Both the position numbers and the translations under genes were made by a program. From an uncultured Alphaproteobacteria bacterium (GTDB lineage: Bacteria; Pseudomonadota; Alphaproteobacteria; HIMB59; GCA-002718135): DNA of 64,000 nt. Below the pieces are notes generated by a model. It ran no database searches and was not told where the DNA came from. It worked only from the letters and a program-made list of their open reading frames with translations. Every line of letters starts with the position of its first letter. Within the stretch, counting starts at the first letter, position 1. Below are positions 46,086-54,844 of this stretch, in pieces. The DNA lies in assembly GCA_902600225.1 (NCBI GenBank), contig CACKIH010000002.1, forward strand, positions 13,743 to 77,742. Reading direction: 5' to 3'.

Positions 46086-46985
46086 ATGAGTAAACATATT
46101 TTTTGGATAGCCTCATATCCCAAAAGTGGTAATACGTTAATTAGATCAATTCTTTCATCATTATTTTTTTCGGAAAGTGGTATTTTCAGTTTTGATTTAT
46201 TAAAAAAAATAGTGAGTTTTGAAGAACTTAGTAGATTAACTAAATGCTATAATACTAGAGCAGAAAATATTAATACAAAAAATTGGAAAGAAAAAAATAT
46301 TTTAATTTTCCAAAATTTTAGAGATATCCAAAAAAAAAATAATTTAGGTTTTAGAGAAGATTTTGCTTTTTTTAAAACACATTTTAATGGAAAAAATTTT
46401 GATGGTCAGAGGTTTTTAATTAACGATTATTTAAGAGGAATAATTTATATTTATAGAGATCCTAGAGATGTTTGTGTGTCATGGGCAAGGCATTCAAATT
46501 TATCAAAAAATCAAAGTGTAGACTTTATGCTCAATGAATCAGCATGGATTAGATGGTTAGGTAAAGAAAAATTTAAAAATTACAAAAATGATGTACCTGT
46601 TTTTTTATCTAGTTGGGAAAAACATGTTAGATCTTGGATTGATTTAAAACATAATTGTCCATTCTTGTTACTTAATTACGAAGACTTAGTATATCAAAAA
46701 AAAGATACAATAAAAAAAATAATAGATTTTTTTGAAGATAACTTCAAAATTAAAATAAGCAACAAAGAAATAAAAATTAATAATATTCTAGATTCTACTT
46801 CTTTCAATAATTTACAAAAACTAGAAATTAAACAAGGTTTTAATGAAAGTATTAATGAAAATAAATTTTTTGCTGTAGGACAAAAAAATCAATGGAAAAA
46901 TGAATTAGAACAAAATCAAATAAAAATTTTAGAAGATGAATTTGGATTAATGATGAAAAAATTAAAATACAAACTCTATAACTAA
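46086..46985 (+). CDS. Sulfotransferase (Sulfotransfer_1-like, PAPS-dependent)
   Basis: The 5'-PSB is SYPKSGNTLIRS and the 3'-PB is IYRDPRDVCVSWARH. I prefer the ATG at 46086 over the track's TTG at 46077. Confidence 0.8.
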   Translation: MSKHIFWIASYPKSGNTLIRSILSSLFFSESGIFSFDLLKKIVSFEELSRLTKCYNTRAENINTKNWKEKNILIFQNFRDIQKKNNLGFREDFAFFKTHFNGKNFDGQRFLINDYLRGIIYIYRDPRDVCVSWARHSNLSKNQSVDFMLNESAWIRWLGKEKFKNYKNDVPVFLSSWEKHVRSWIDLKHNCPFLLLNYEDLVYQKKDTIKKIIDFFEDNFKIKISNKEIKINNILDSTSFNNLQKLEIKQGFNESINENKFFAVGQKNQWKNELEQNQIKILEDEFGLMMKKLKYKLYN

Positions 46986-47029
46986 TTTAATTCTTGAATT
47001 TTTACATTTTTAGAATTACTCTTAAAAAG

Positions 47030-48955
47030 ATGATGAATATTAAAGACAAATGGATTGCAGAAGCAAAGATTAATAATGAAGATTATATATCACTTTACAA
47101 AAGTTCTATTGAAAATGGTGATGATTTTTGGAACAAACAAGGAGACAGGATAGATTGGTATTCAAAATATACAAAAATTAATAATGTAAAGTATTCGAGT
47201 AAGGATGTAAGTATAAAATGGTATGAAGATGGAAAACTTAATGTTTCATATAATTGTATTGATAGACATGCAAAAAAAAATCCTGATAAAATTGCAATAA
47301 TATGGGAAGGCGATAATCCTGATGATGTAAAAAAAATTACATATAAGGAACTTTTAACTAATGTATCCAAAGCGGCCAATGTTTTAAAAAAAATTGGAAT
47401 AAAAAAAGGTGACAGAGTAACAATATATTTAACCATGATACCTGAATTAGCTTACATAATGCTTGCTTGTGCAAGAATTGGAGCTGTCCACTCTATTATT
47501 TTTGGAGGTTTCTCCGCAGAGTCTATTGCTGGTAGAATTAAAGATTGTAGATCTGAATATATTGTAACCGCTGATGAAGGGGTAAGGGGTGGTAAAACTA
47601 TTCCTTTAAAATTAACAACAGATAAAGCATTAGAAACATGTCCCGATGTTAAGAAGTGTTTAATTGTTAAAAGAACAAATAAAGAAATAGAATTAATAAA
47701 AGATAGAGACGTATACTATGATGATGTTCTTAAAGAAGTTGATGATTTTTGTGAACCAGAAATTTTAAATGCTGAAGATCCATTATTTATTTTATATACA
47801 TCAGGATCAACTGGTAAGCCAAAAGGTGTAATGCATACATCTGGTGGTTATATTGTATATACTTCAATGACTCATGAATATATCTTTAACTATAATGATG
47901 AAGACATATATTGGTGTACGGCAGACATAGGATGGATCACTGGTCATAGTTATATAATTTATGGACCCCTTTCTAATGGAGCAACAACTTTAATGTTTGA
48001 AGGAGTTCCTAATTATCCTGACTTCTCTAGGTTCTGGCAAATAGTCGATAAGCATAAAGTAAATATCTTTTATACAGCTCCTACTGCAATTAGAGCTTTA
48101 ATGAGAGAAGGTGATGATTACGTAACTAAAACTAGCAGATCATCATTAAAACTTTTAGGAACAGTTGGCGAACCAATAAACCCAGAGGCATGGAAGTGGT
48201 ACTTTGAAGTACCAGGTAATTCAAATTGTCCAATTGTTGATACTTGGTGGCAAACTGAAACAGGTGGAATTTTAATATCTCCTCAGACGGGTGCTATAAA
48301 ATTGAAACCTGGTTCAGCTTCAAAGCCATTCTTTGGTATTGAACCATGTATTGTAGATAAAGACGGTAAAGAACTAAAAGGAGAATGTGAAGGAATGTTA
48401 TGTATGAAAAGATCATGGCCTGGTCAAATGAGAACGGTTTATGGTGATCATAAAAGATTCATTGATACATATTTTTCACAATTTGATGGAAAATATTTTA
48501 CTGGCGATGGATGTAAGAGAGATAAAGATGGTTATTATTGGATCACAGGAAGAGTAGACGACGTTATTATTGTTTCTGGTCATAATTTAGGTACAGCAGA
48601 AATAGAAAGTGCTTTTGTTTCTCATAAAGATGTATCTGAAGCAGCGGTAGTAGGCTACCCTCATGATGTTAAAGGTAATGGTTTATATTGTTATGTTTCC
48701 TTAAAGGCGGGTATCAAATCATCTGACGATTTAGAATTAGATTTAAAAAAAACTATTAGAGAAAAAATTGGTCCAATTGCAACTCCTGATTTTATACACA
48801 TTACTGCTGGTTTACCAAAAACTAGGTCAGGAAAGATTATGAGAAGAATTCTAAGAAAGATTGCTTCTAATGATTTTGATAATTTAGGAGACACATCAAC
48901 ACTAGCAGACCCGTCAGTTGTAGATGATTTGATTGAAAATAGAAGAAATAAATAA
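47030..48955 (+). CDS. acs: Acetyl-CoA synthetase
   Basis: Contains [20 protein letters not shown], the [20 protein letters not shown] motifs and [12 protein letters not shown] place the start at ATG 47030. Confidence 0.97.
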   Translation: MMNIKDKWIAEAKINNEDYISLYKSSIENGDDFWNKQGDRIDWYSKYTKINNVKYSSKDVSIKWYEDGKLNVSYNCIDRHAKKNPDKIAIIWEGDNPDDVKKITYKELLTNVSKAANVLKKIGIKKGDRVTIYLTMIPELAYIMLACARIGAVHSIIFGGFSAESIAGRIKDCRSEYIVTADEGVRGGKTIPLKLTTDKALETCPDVKKCLIVKRTNKEIELIKDRDVYYDDVLKEVDDFCEPEILNAEDPLFILYTSGSTGKPKGVMHTSGGYIVYTSMTHEYIFNYNDEDIYWCTADIGWITGHSYIIYGPLSNGATTLMFEGVPNYPDFSRFWQIVDKHKVNIFYTAPTAIRALMREGDDYVTKTSRSSLKLLGTVGEPINPEAWKWYFEVPGNSNCPIVDTWWQTETGGILISPQTGAIKLKPGSASKPFFGIEPCIVDKDGKELKGECEGMLCMKRSWPGQMRTVYGDHKRFIDTYFSQFDGKYFTGDGCKRDKDGYYWITGRVDDVIIVSGHNLGTAEIESAFVSHKDVSEAAVVGYPHDVKGNGLYCYVSLKAGIKSSDDLELDLKKTIREKIGPIATPDFIHITAGLPKTRSGKIMRRILRKIASNDFDNLGDTSTLADPSVVDDLIENRRNK

Positions 48956-48958
48956 AAA

Positions 48959-49510
48959 TTATCTAGGCTCCCAATGCTTTAAACATCTTGGCTCGTAAAT
49001 ATTTGCTGCTCCAACTTGCGTTCTTTTACCACCTGATGTTTTTCTGAAAGTTTTAGTAGCTTCCAAACCACAAACATTGCAAAAACCATAAATTTTTACT
49101 ATTTTATCTGATAAACCCAGTAACATTGCAGAAGTTTCCCAAGGCTTTCCTCTTGAATCTTGATCAAGACCGGCACAAACAACATCTATGCCCTTATTCA
49201 AGATTAATTCTACATTGCTTAATGTATCTTTCGTATTCATAAACTGAATTTCATCTAAAAATACAATATCAACTTCACTTTTTTCAAAAATAAATTTAGT
49301 TAATGTTGTTGACCAATCACTCATTGCATAACACTCATGACTCAAATCATTATGTGTAATAATTTTCTCATTAGAATATCTATCATCAATACTTGGTTTA
49401 ATTACGATAATTTTTTTATTCTGATGTTTAGCCCAAAGAATTCTCTTAAGTAATTCACTTGTTTTACCAGCAAACATCGCTCCAACAATCGTCTCAAGAT
49501 TTCCTCGCAT
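48959..49510 (-). CDS. tdk: Thymidine kinase
   Basis: Contains the P-loop GAMFAGKTSELL, FLDEIQF, and a C-terminal Zn ribbon (CNVCG...RC). Confidence 0.9.
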   Translation of the reverse strand: MRGNLETIVGAMFAGKTSELLKRILWAKHQNKKIIVIKPSIDDRYSNEKIITHNDLSHECYAMSDWSTTLTKFIFEKSEVDIVFLDEIQFMNTKDTLSNVELILNKGIDVVCAGLDQDSRGKPWETSAMLLGLSDKIVKIYGFCNVCGLEATKTFRKTSGGKRTQVGAANIYEPRCLKHWEPR

Positions 49511-49579
49511 AACTCAATATATTTTATTTTCATAATTTATTATATAATTATTTTAAATAAATATTTATTTTTTGAAGTA

Positions 49580-50848
49580 ATGATCAAGGGTGTAAAAATT
49601 AGATTTGAAATCCATAATATATTATTTTCAATTTATAAATTGAATAAAACATTAAATTATTCTTCAATTATAAAGCAAATAAATAAACAAAAAAAAGAAG
49701 ATATTGCCTTCTTATATAATGTAACGTTAAATTCAATGAGATTACATTTACATTGTTTAAAAATAATAAATAAATTTATAAAAAAAAAATTAAGAGATCA
49801 AGAAAAGATTATATTGATAAGTGCAATAACTCAAATTGTATTTTTAAACTTTAAGGAATACGCTGTCATAAATTGTTCAGTTGAAATAACAAAAAAACTA
49901 AATTTATATCCTGGACTAATTAATGCAACATTAAAAAAAATAACCAAAGATAAAAATGATTTGAAAAAAATCAAAATTAATTTTTGTGATTTACCTTTAT
50001 GGTTTCAAAAAAAAGCTAGTTTTTTGTCTGACTATGAGAAAAAACAATTTTTAGAAAATTTTCATATGGAGCCAAACATTCACATTGTTTTTAAGGATGA
50101 AGAAAGGTTAAAAAAATTCGAGGCTAAGTTATTTAAAACATCTTTAATATCTGGTTTTTTATTAGATGAAAAAAATTTTCAGAATAGAAATTCTTTTATT
50201 AAGGGTGATTGGTGGGTACAAGATTTTAGCTCCTTTCTTCCATTGTATAATTTTAAAGAAATAAATAAAAGTATGGTATTTCTTGATGCCTGTGCTGCAC
50301 CTGGTGGAAAATCTTTTCAAATTTTATCAAAAAAATTTAATATTATCTTGAACGATAAAAACAAGAATAGAATTAAAACTCTTAAAACTAATTTAGAACG
50401 ACTCAAATTTACTACCAAAATTTTTAATAAAGATTTTATTCAATTTGAAAATAAAAGAAAGTTTGACGTAATTATAATTGATGCTCCTTGTTCGGCTGTA
50501 GGAACAATAAGGAGAAATCCTGAAATATTTTTTAAAAACAAAGGTCCAGATTTTGACAAACTTCTTTCTTTACAAGAAAATATGTTAGAAAAAGCTTCAC
50601 TTTTATTGAATACTGACGGATATATAATTTACATGACTTGCTCTTTTTTAAAAATTGAAACCGTTAATCAAGTTGAAAAGTTCCTTAAACTAAATAAAAA
50701 TTTTATGCTTTCAAATTTTGAATTAAAAGAAAATAAAAAAAATTACTCAAAGTTTATTAAAAATAATTTTATGATAACTATTCCTAATATACTTTTTGAC
50801 TATAAGGTTGATGGATACTTTGCAGCTTTTTTAAAAAAAATAAAATGA
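49580..50848 (+). CDS. rsmB: 16S rRNA m5C methyltransferase RsmB/Sun family
   Basis: Has a NusB-like N-domain and the SAM motifs LDACAAPGGKS, IIDAPCSAVGTIRRNPE and YMTCS. Confidence 0.85.
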   Translation: MIKGVKIRFEIHNILFSIYKLNKTLNYSSIIKQINKQKKEDIAFLYNVTLNSMRLHLHCLKIINKFIKKKLRDQEKIILISAITQIVFLNFKEYAVINCSVEITKKLNLYPGLINATLKKITKDKNDLKKIKINFCDLPLWFQKKASFLSDYEKKQFLENFHMEPNIHIVFKDEERLKKFEAKLFKTSLISGFLLDEKNFQNRNSFIKGDWWVQDFSSFLPLYNFKEINKSMVFLDACAAPGGKSFQILSKKFNIILNDKNKNRIKTLKTNLERLKFTTKIFNKDFIQFENKRKFDVIIIDAPCSAVGTIRRNPEIFFKNKGPDFDKLLSLQENMLEKASLLLNTDGYIIYMTCSFLKIETVNQVEKFLKLNKNFMLSNFELKENKKNYSKFIKNNFMITIPNILFDYKVDGYFAAFLKKIK

Positions 50849-52377
50849 TTTTGATAATAAAAAAAATAGTATTTATATTTATAACTTCTAAATTTAATTC
50901 AAAAAAAAATTTATCTTATTTAGACTTAAACTTTAGAAAAATAGATTTTACAAATCATGATAAAGTAAAGACATTTATTTTTAAAAAAAATTTTTATACT
51001 TTCAAAAATAAGAATATTCATAGTTTTGATTTTTTAAATTTCTCAAATAAACTTGGTGGTAAAATAGGAATAAATTTATCTAAAAAAGCTATCTTTGGTT
51101 GGTATAAATTAAACAAAAATAAGCTTGGCTTTCCTTGGGTAGAAGATTTGTCTTCAAAAAGACTGATAAATCTTTTGTATAACTATGAATATATAAATTC
51201 TGCATCTAAAGAAGATGACAAGAAAAAATTAGATTTTATAATTTATTTTCACATTCAAAGAATTTTATTTGACTTCAACTCAAAAAAAATAACTGAATTT
51301 ACTTCATTTGATTTAATAGCATACTTGTTGTCTTGCTTGCTCCTAAAAAAAATTAATGAAACAGAAATTAATTATATTAAGTTTATTGTTGATAACCAGA
51401 TTGATAAAATCGGTGTGCATAAAAGTTATAATTTCTTAGAACATTCTAAGTTTATAAATAATCTCAATGAAATAAAAAATATATTACTTTTTTTTAAATC
51501 AAAGAAATCAAATGTGTTTGATGAAGTAATTCTTAAAATGTCATCGATATTAAATGAATATTTTCACTTAGATGGTTCACTAGCTTTATTTAACGGTACT
51601 AATAATGTTTATACAATGAATATCTACAAATCATTAAACAAAGAGAGTTACTTAAAAAAACGAGATTTTTCAAATATTAATAATGGAATTGCATTTTACT
51701 CAGATACGAATAAAAAAATTTTTTTTGATGTAGTACAGCCAAATTCTGATATGATAAGTTCTAGCTTGAGTGCTGGAACTCTATCGGTTGAATTAAGCGG
51801 TTTTGGAGAGAAAATTCTTACAAATTGTGGTGCATCAGAAAACTTTGGGAAGAATCCTGAATATTTGAGATACAGTGCAGCCCATTCAACTATTATTTTA
51901 CAAAATACTAATATAAGTGAAATAAAGGAAGACAATCCACATGTAAAATTTCCACAATCAGTGGTCTTTAGAAAAGAAGCAAATGATCAAGAAGAAATAT
52001 TTGAAGGATCACATAATGGATATTTAAAAAAGTTTAATAAAATAATAAAAAGAAGATTAGTTATTTATAAAAATAAAAATAAATTAGAGGGCGAAGATAG
52101 CTTTATTTCATACAAAAATCAGAATGCTCGAATGATTTACCATATTAGATTTCACTTAGCAAATGAAATGGTCTTAAATTTTACAAATAATAAAAAAAAT
52201 ATAATTTTAAAAACAAAAAAGAACAATATATGGTTATTTAAAAGTAATACGGAACTTATAATAGAAGATAGTATATCAGTTGATAATAATATTACAAAGC
52301 CTACTAAACAAATTGTGATTAAAGGTGTATTGTTAAATAAAAAAATTATAGAGAAATGGTCCTTAGAAAAAATCTAA
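50845..52377 (+). CDS. Hypothetical protein, heparinase II/III-like family candidate
   Basis: A 510-aa protein located between rsmB and purH. From memory, many alphaproteobacteria carry a heparinase II/III-like ORF at this position. I cannot verify a motif-level match by eye. Confidence 0.45.
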   Translation: MILIIKKIVFIFITSKFNSKKNLSYLDLNFRKIDFTNHDKVKTFIFKKNFYTFKNKNIHSFDFLNFSNKLGGKIGINLSKKAIFGWYKLNKNKLGFPWVEDLSSKRLINLLYNYEYINSASKEDDKKKLDFIIYFHIQRILFDFNSKKITEFTSFDLIAYLLSCLLLKKINETEINYIKFIVDNQIDKIGVHKSYNFLEHSKFINNLNEIKNILLFFKSKKSNVFDEVILKMSSILNEYFHLDGSLALFNGTNNVYTMNIYKSLNKESYLKKRDFSNINNGIAFYSDTNKKIFFDVVQPNSDMISSSLSAGTLSVELSGFGEKILTNCGASENFGKNPEYLRYSAAHSTIILQNTNISEIKEDNPHVKFPQSVVFRKEANDQEEIFEGSHNGYLKKFNKIIKRRLVIYKNKNKLEGEDSFISYKNQNARMIYHIRFHLANEMVLNFTNNKKNIILKTKKNNIWLFKSNTELIIEDSISVDNNITKPTKQIVIKGVLLNKKIIEKWSLEKI

Positions 52378-52961
52378 AAAAAAAATTTGCTTTAATATCT
52401 GTATTTGAAAAAAAAAATTTAAAGTATCTCTGTTCAAACTTAAATAAATTTAATTATAGTCTTATGTCTAGTGGATCTACTGGAAATAAAATTCGCGAAT
52501 TAGGATTTAAATGTAAAGATATTTCAAAAATAACAAATTCTAAAGAGATGTTTGGCGGTAGAGTTAAAACATTAAATCCATTAATATACAGTTCATTACT
52601 TTACATAAGAGATGATAAAATTCATAAAAAACAGTTTCAATTATTAAACATACCTGAAATAGATATTGTTGTTGTTAACTTATATCCATTTAAAAGTTAT
52701 TTAAAAAAAAATAATAATGATCAACTTATTGAAATGATTGATATTGGTGGACCAAGTTTATTAAGAGCTGCCGGAAAAAACTTTAAATACATAACTCCAA
52801 TAGCTGATATAATGGACTATAAAAAATTAGTAACAAATTTAAGTAAAAATAAAGGAAAAACTGACATTATTTTTAGAAAACAAATGGCTCTTAAAGTTTT
52901 TAAACAAACAGCACAATATGACAAAATTATTTATAATTGGCTAAATGAAAAGCAAAGATAG
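52356..52961 (+). CDS. purH: PurH N-terminal domain (IMP cyclohydrolase, MGS-like) as separate ORF
   Basis: Contains GGRVKTL, VVNLYPF, IDIGGPSLLRAAGKN and ALKVFKQTAQYD. The ORF ends WLNEKQR* at the position of the interdomain linker. Confidence 0.8.
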   Translation: MVLRKNLKKKFALISVFEKKNLKYLCSNLNKFNYSLMSSGSTGNKIRELGFKCKDISKITNSKEMFGGRVKTLNPLIYSSLLYIRDDKIHKKQFQLLNIPEIDIVVVNLYPFKSYLKKNNNDQLIEMIDIGGPSLLRAAGKNFKYITPIADIMDYKKLVTNLSKNKGKTDIIFRKQMALKVFKQTAQYDKIIYNWLNEKQR

Positions 52962-53862
52962 TAAAATAAAATTAAGATATGGAGAAAATCCAAATCAAAG
53001 AAGCTATTTGATGAGTAATAAAAAAAATTCAATTTTTACCTATCAAATTAGTGGGAAACAAATAAGTTATAACAATTTAATTGATATTGATAGCGGACTA
53101 AAATGTTTAAAAGAATTTCCTGAGCCTACTTCCATAATTCTTAAACATACTAATCCTTGTGGTATAGCTTCAGCGAAAAACATAGAGATGGCCTTTAATA
53201 GATCTTATGAAAGTGACCCTAAAAGTGCTTTTGGAGGAATAATTTTTCTAAATAGAAGAGTGACTTATAAACTTGCAATGAAAATATACAAAAATTTTTA
53301 CGAGATGATAGTTGCATTAGATTTCAATCAAGATGCACTAAAAATTTTAAAAAAGAAGAAGAATTTAATTTTATTAAAAATACCCAATATAAAGAAAACA
53401 ACTCTTGAATATAGATCTACTTTATTTGGTGATCTTTATCAAACAACAGATTTAGATACAATTAATAGAAAATTTTTAACTTTAGTTTCAGAAAAGAATG
53501 GTTCAACTAAATCAATTAATGATTTAATTTTTTCACTGAAAGTTGCAAAACACTTAAAATCAAATGCTATTGTTTTATCAAGAAACAAACAAACTCTAGG
53601 TTTAGGTCATGGTCATACAAATAGAGTAGATGCATTACATTATGCAATTAAAAATATGAATAAATATTTTAAAAAAGGTACTTTTGTTTGTGCTTCAGAC
53701 GGTTTTTTTCCTTTTGTAGACAGTATAAACCTACTCAATAGGAATGGATGCAATGCTGTAGCTCAACCTGGTGGCTCAATAAATGATAAACTAATAATTT
53801 CTTTTTCAATAAAAAATAAATTACCATTGTATTTCATAAAAAACAGACTCTTTAAACATTGA
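52945..53862 (+). CDS. purH: PurH C-terminal domain (AICAR formyltransferase) as separate ORF
   Basis: Contains LRYGENPNQ, SYNNLIDIDS, KHTNPCGIA, DPKSAFGGII, SDGFFPF, AQPGGSIND and the terminal RLFKH. Its own ATG lies at 52945, in a different frame from the upstream ORF. Confidence 0.85.
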   Translation: MKSKDSKIKLRYGENPNQRSYLMSNKKNSIFTYQISGKQISYNNLIDIDSGLKCLKEFPEPTSIILKHTNPCGIASAKNIEMAFNRSYESDPKSAFGGIIFLNRRVTYKLAMKIYKNFYEMIVALDFNQDALKILKKKKNLILLKIPNIKKTTLEYRSTLFGDLYQTTDLDTINRKFLTLVSEKNGSTKSINDLIFSLKVAKHLKSNAIVLSRNKQTLGLGHGHTNRVDALHYAIKNMNKYFKKGTFVCASDGFFPFVDSINLLNRNGCNAVAQPGGSINDKLIISFSIKNKLPLYFIKNRLFKH

Positions 53863-54018
53863 ATAAAAAAAATAAAATTTCAAAGTATTTAAAAGTTTTA
53901 ATAAAAGATCATCCTAAAATTTTATCAGGTAGAAAAAACTTTGATCAACATAATTATAGAATTATAAAAACAATAGAAATAATTAGGAAATATTTTAAAT
54001 TGAAAGAATAGATCAAAA

Positions 54019-54783
54019 TTAAGAAGAGATATTATTAAAAATATTTTCCCAAGCTTCTCCAGTTTCTATCTCTTTGAGAGTCCACTGACCATATGCTAAA
54101 TTATTAAAAATTTTATAATCTATGATAGGATTTTCTATGTTCTGTATTTTACCTATATTACATAAGGTTTGATCAGTAAAGTATGAAGGGATTCCGTTAC
54201 ACATTGCCATAAAACCAGCTGTTGATTGCAAACTAACAAATGCCCACGCATCTTTTAATAATAAACTCAATGGTTTTTTTGCTAATTTATTATGTACTAC
54301 AATTCTTCTATCAGAGTATTTTTTTACTAATTGTGTTGTCTCTTCTGTCCACTTAGGCACGTTATACATTTTTTTCATAGTTTCAGATGGTTCAGAAAGG
54401 ATTATATAGCTGCCTGTTTTTTTTTGATCATGTATCTTTAAATTTAGTTTACTTAATCTATCACTTGGAAAATTACCCCTACCATCGTGTATAAAGTTAT
54501 TATAAACAATTCTAAAATAACCATCCATATTTTTAACTTTAGTCGATTTACTTTCAAATATTCTTTCTGATTGATTAAAATAACCATGGTCCATATAATA
54601 AAAATTTTTAACTTTATTGATTACTTCAAGAGTTCCTCTTAACACTCCATAAGTTGCAATAGTTTTATTAAATTCCTTAAAATTATCTACATGACACAAA
54701 GGAGAATCAGAACCTTTGGCAAAATTATAACATAGAGTTCTATTCATTATATGGTCTGTATAAATTACTATGGGTTTTTCCAT
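54019..54783 (-). CDS. Hypothetical protein (254 aa), island orphan
   Basis: Long ORF with no signal peptide or TM. It has alternating beta-alpha character (IVIYTD..., YIILSEPSE..., RIVVHNK..., AFVSLQSTAGFMAMCNGIP) suggesting a Rossmann-like transferase fold. That reading is speculative. Confidence 0.5.
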   Translation of the reverse strand: MEKPIVIYTDHIMNRTLCYNFAKGSDSPLCHVDNFKEFNKTIATYGVLRGTLEVINKVKNFYYMDHGYFNQSERIFESKSTKVKNMDGYFRIVYNNFIHDGRGNFPSDRLSKLNLKIHDQKKTGSYIILSEPSETMKKMYNVPKWTEETTQLVKKYSDRRIVVHNKLAKKPLSLLLKDAWAFVSLQSTAGFMAMCNGIPSYFTDQTLCNIGKIQNIENPIIDYKIFNNLAYGQWTLKEIETGEAWENIFNNISS

Positions 54784-54844
54784 TATATTGAGTGTATAAA
54801 CTAATAAGTTTTTTATAATAAAGCGAAACGCTTAATAACGGTAT

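Noticed and set aside
50845-52377. Treating the heparinase II/III-like 510-aa ORF as part of the downstream sulfation island, as a sulfated-glycan lyase.
   Set aside because: It is separated from the island by purH. From memory, an rsmB - heparinase-like - purH arrangement is conserved in many alphaproteobacteria, so it is more likely a core gene. The thematic coincidence is noted, but I make no claim.
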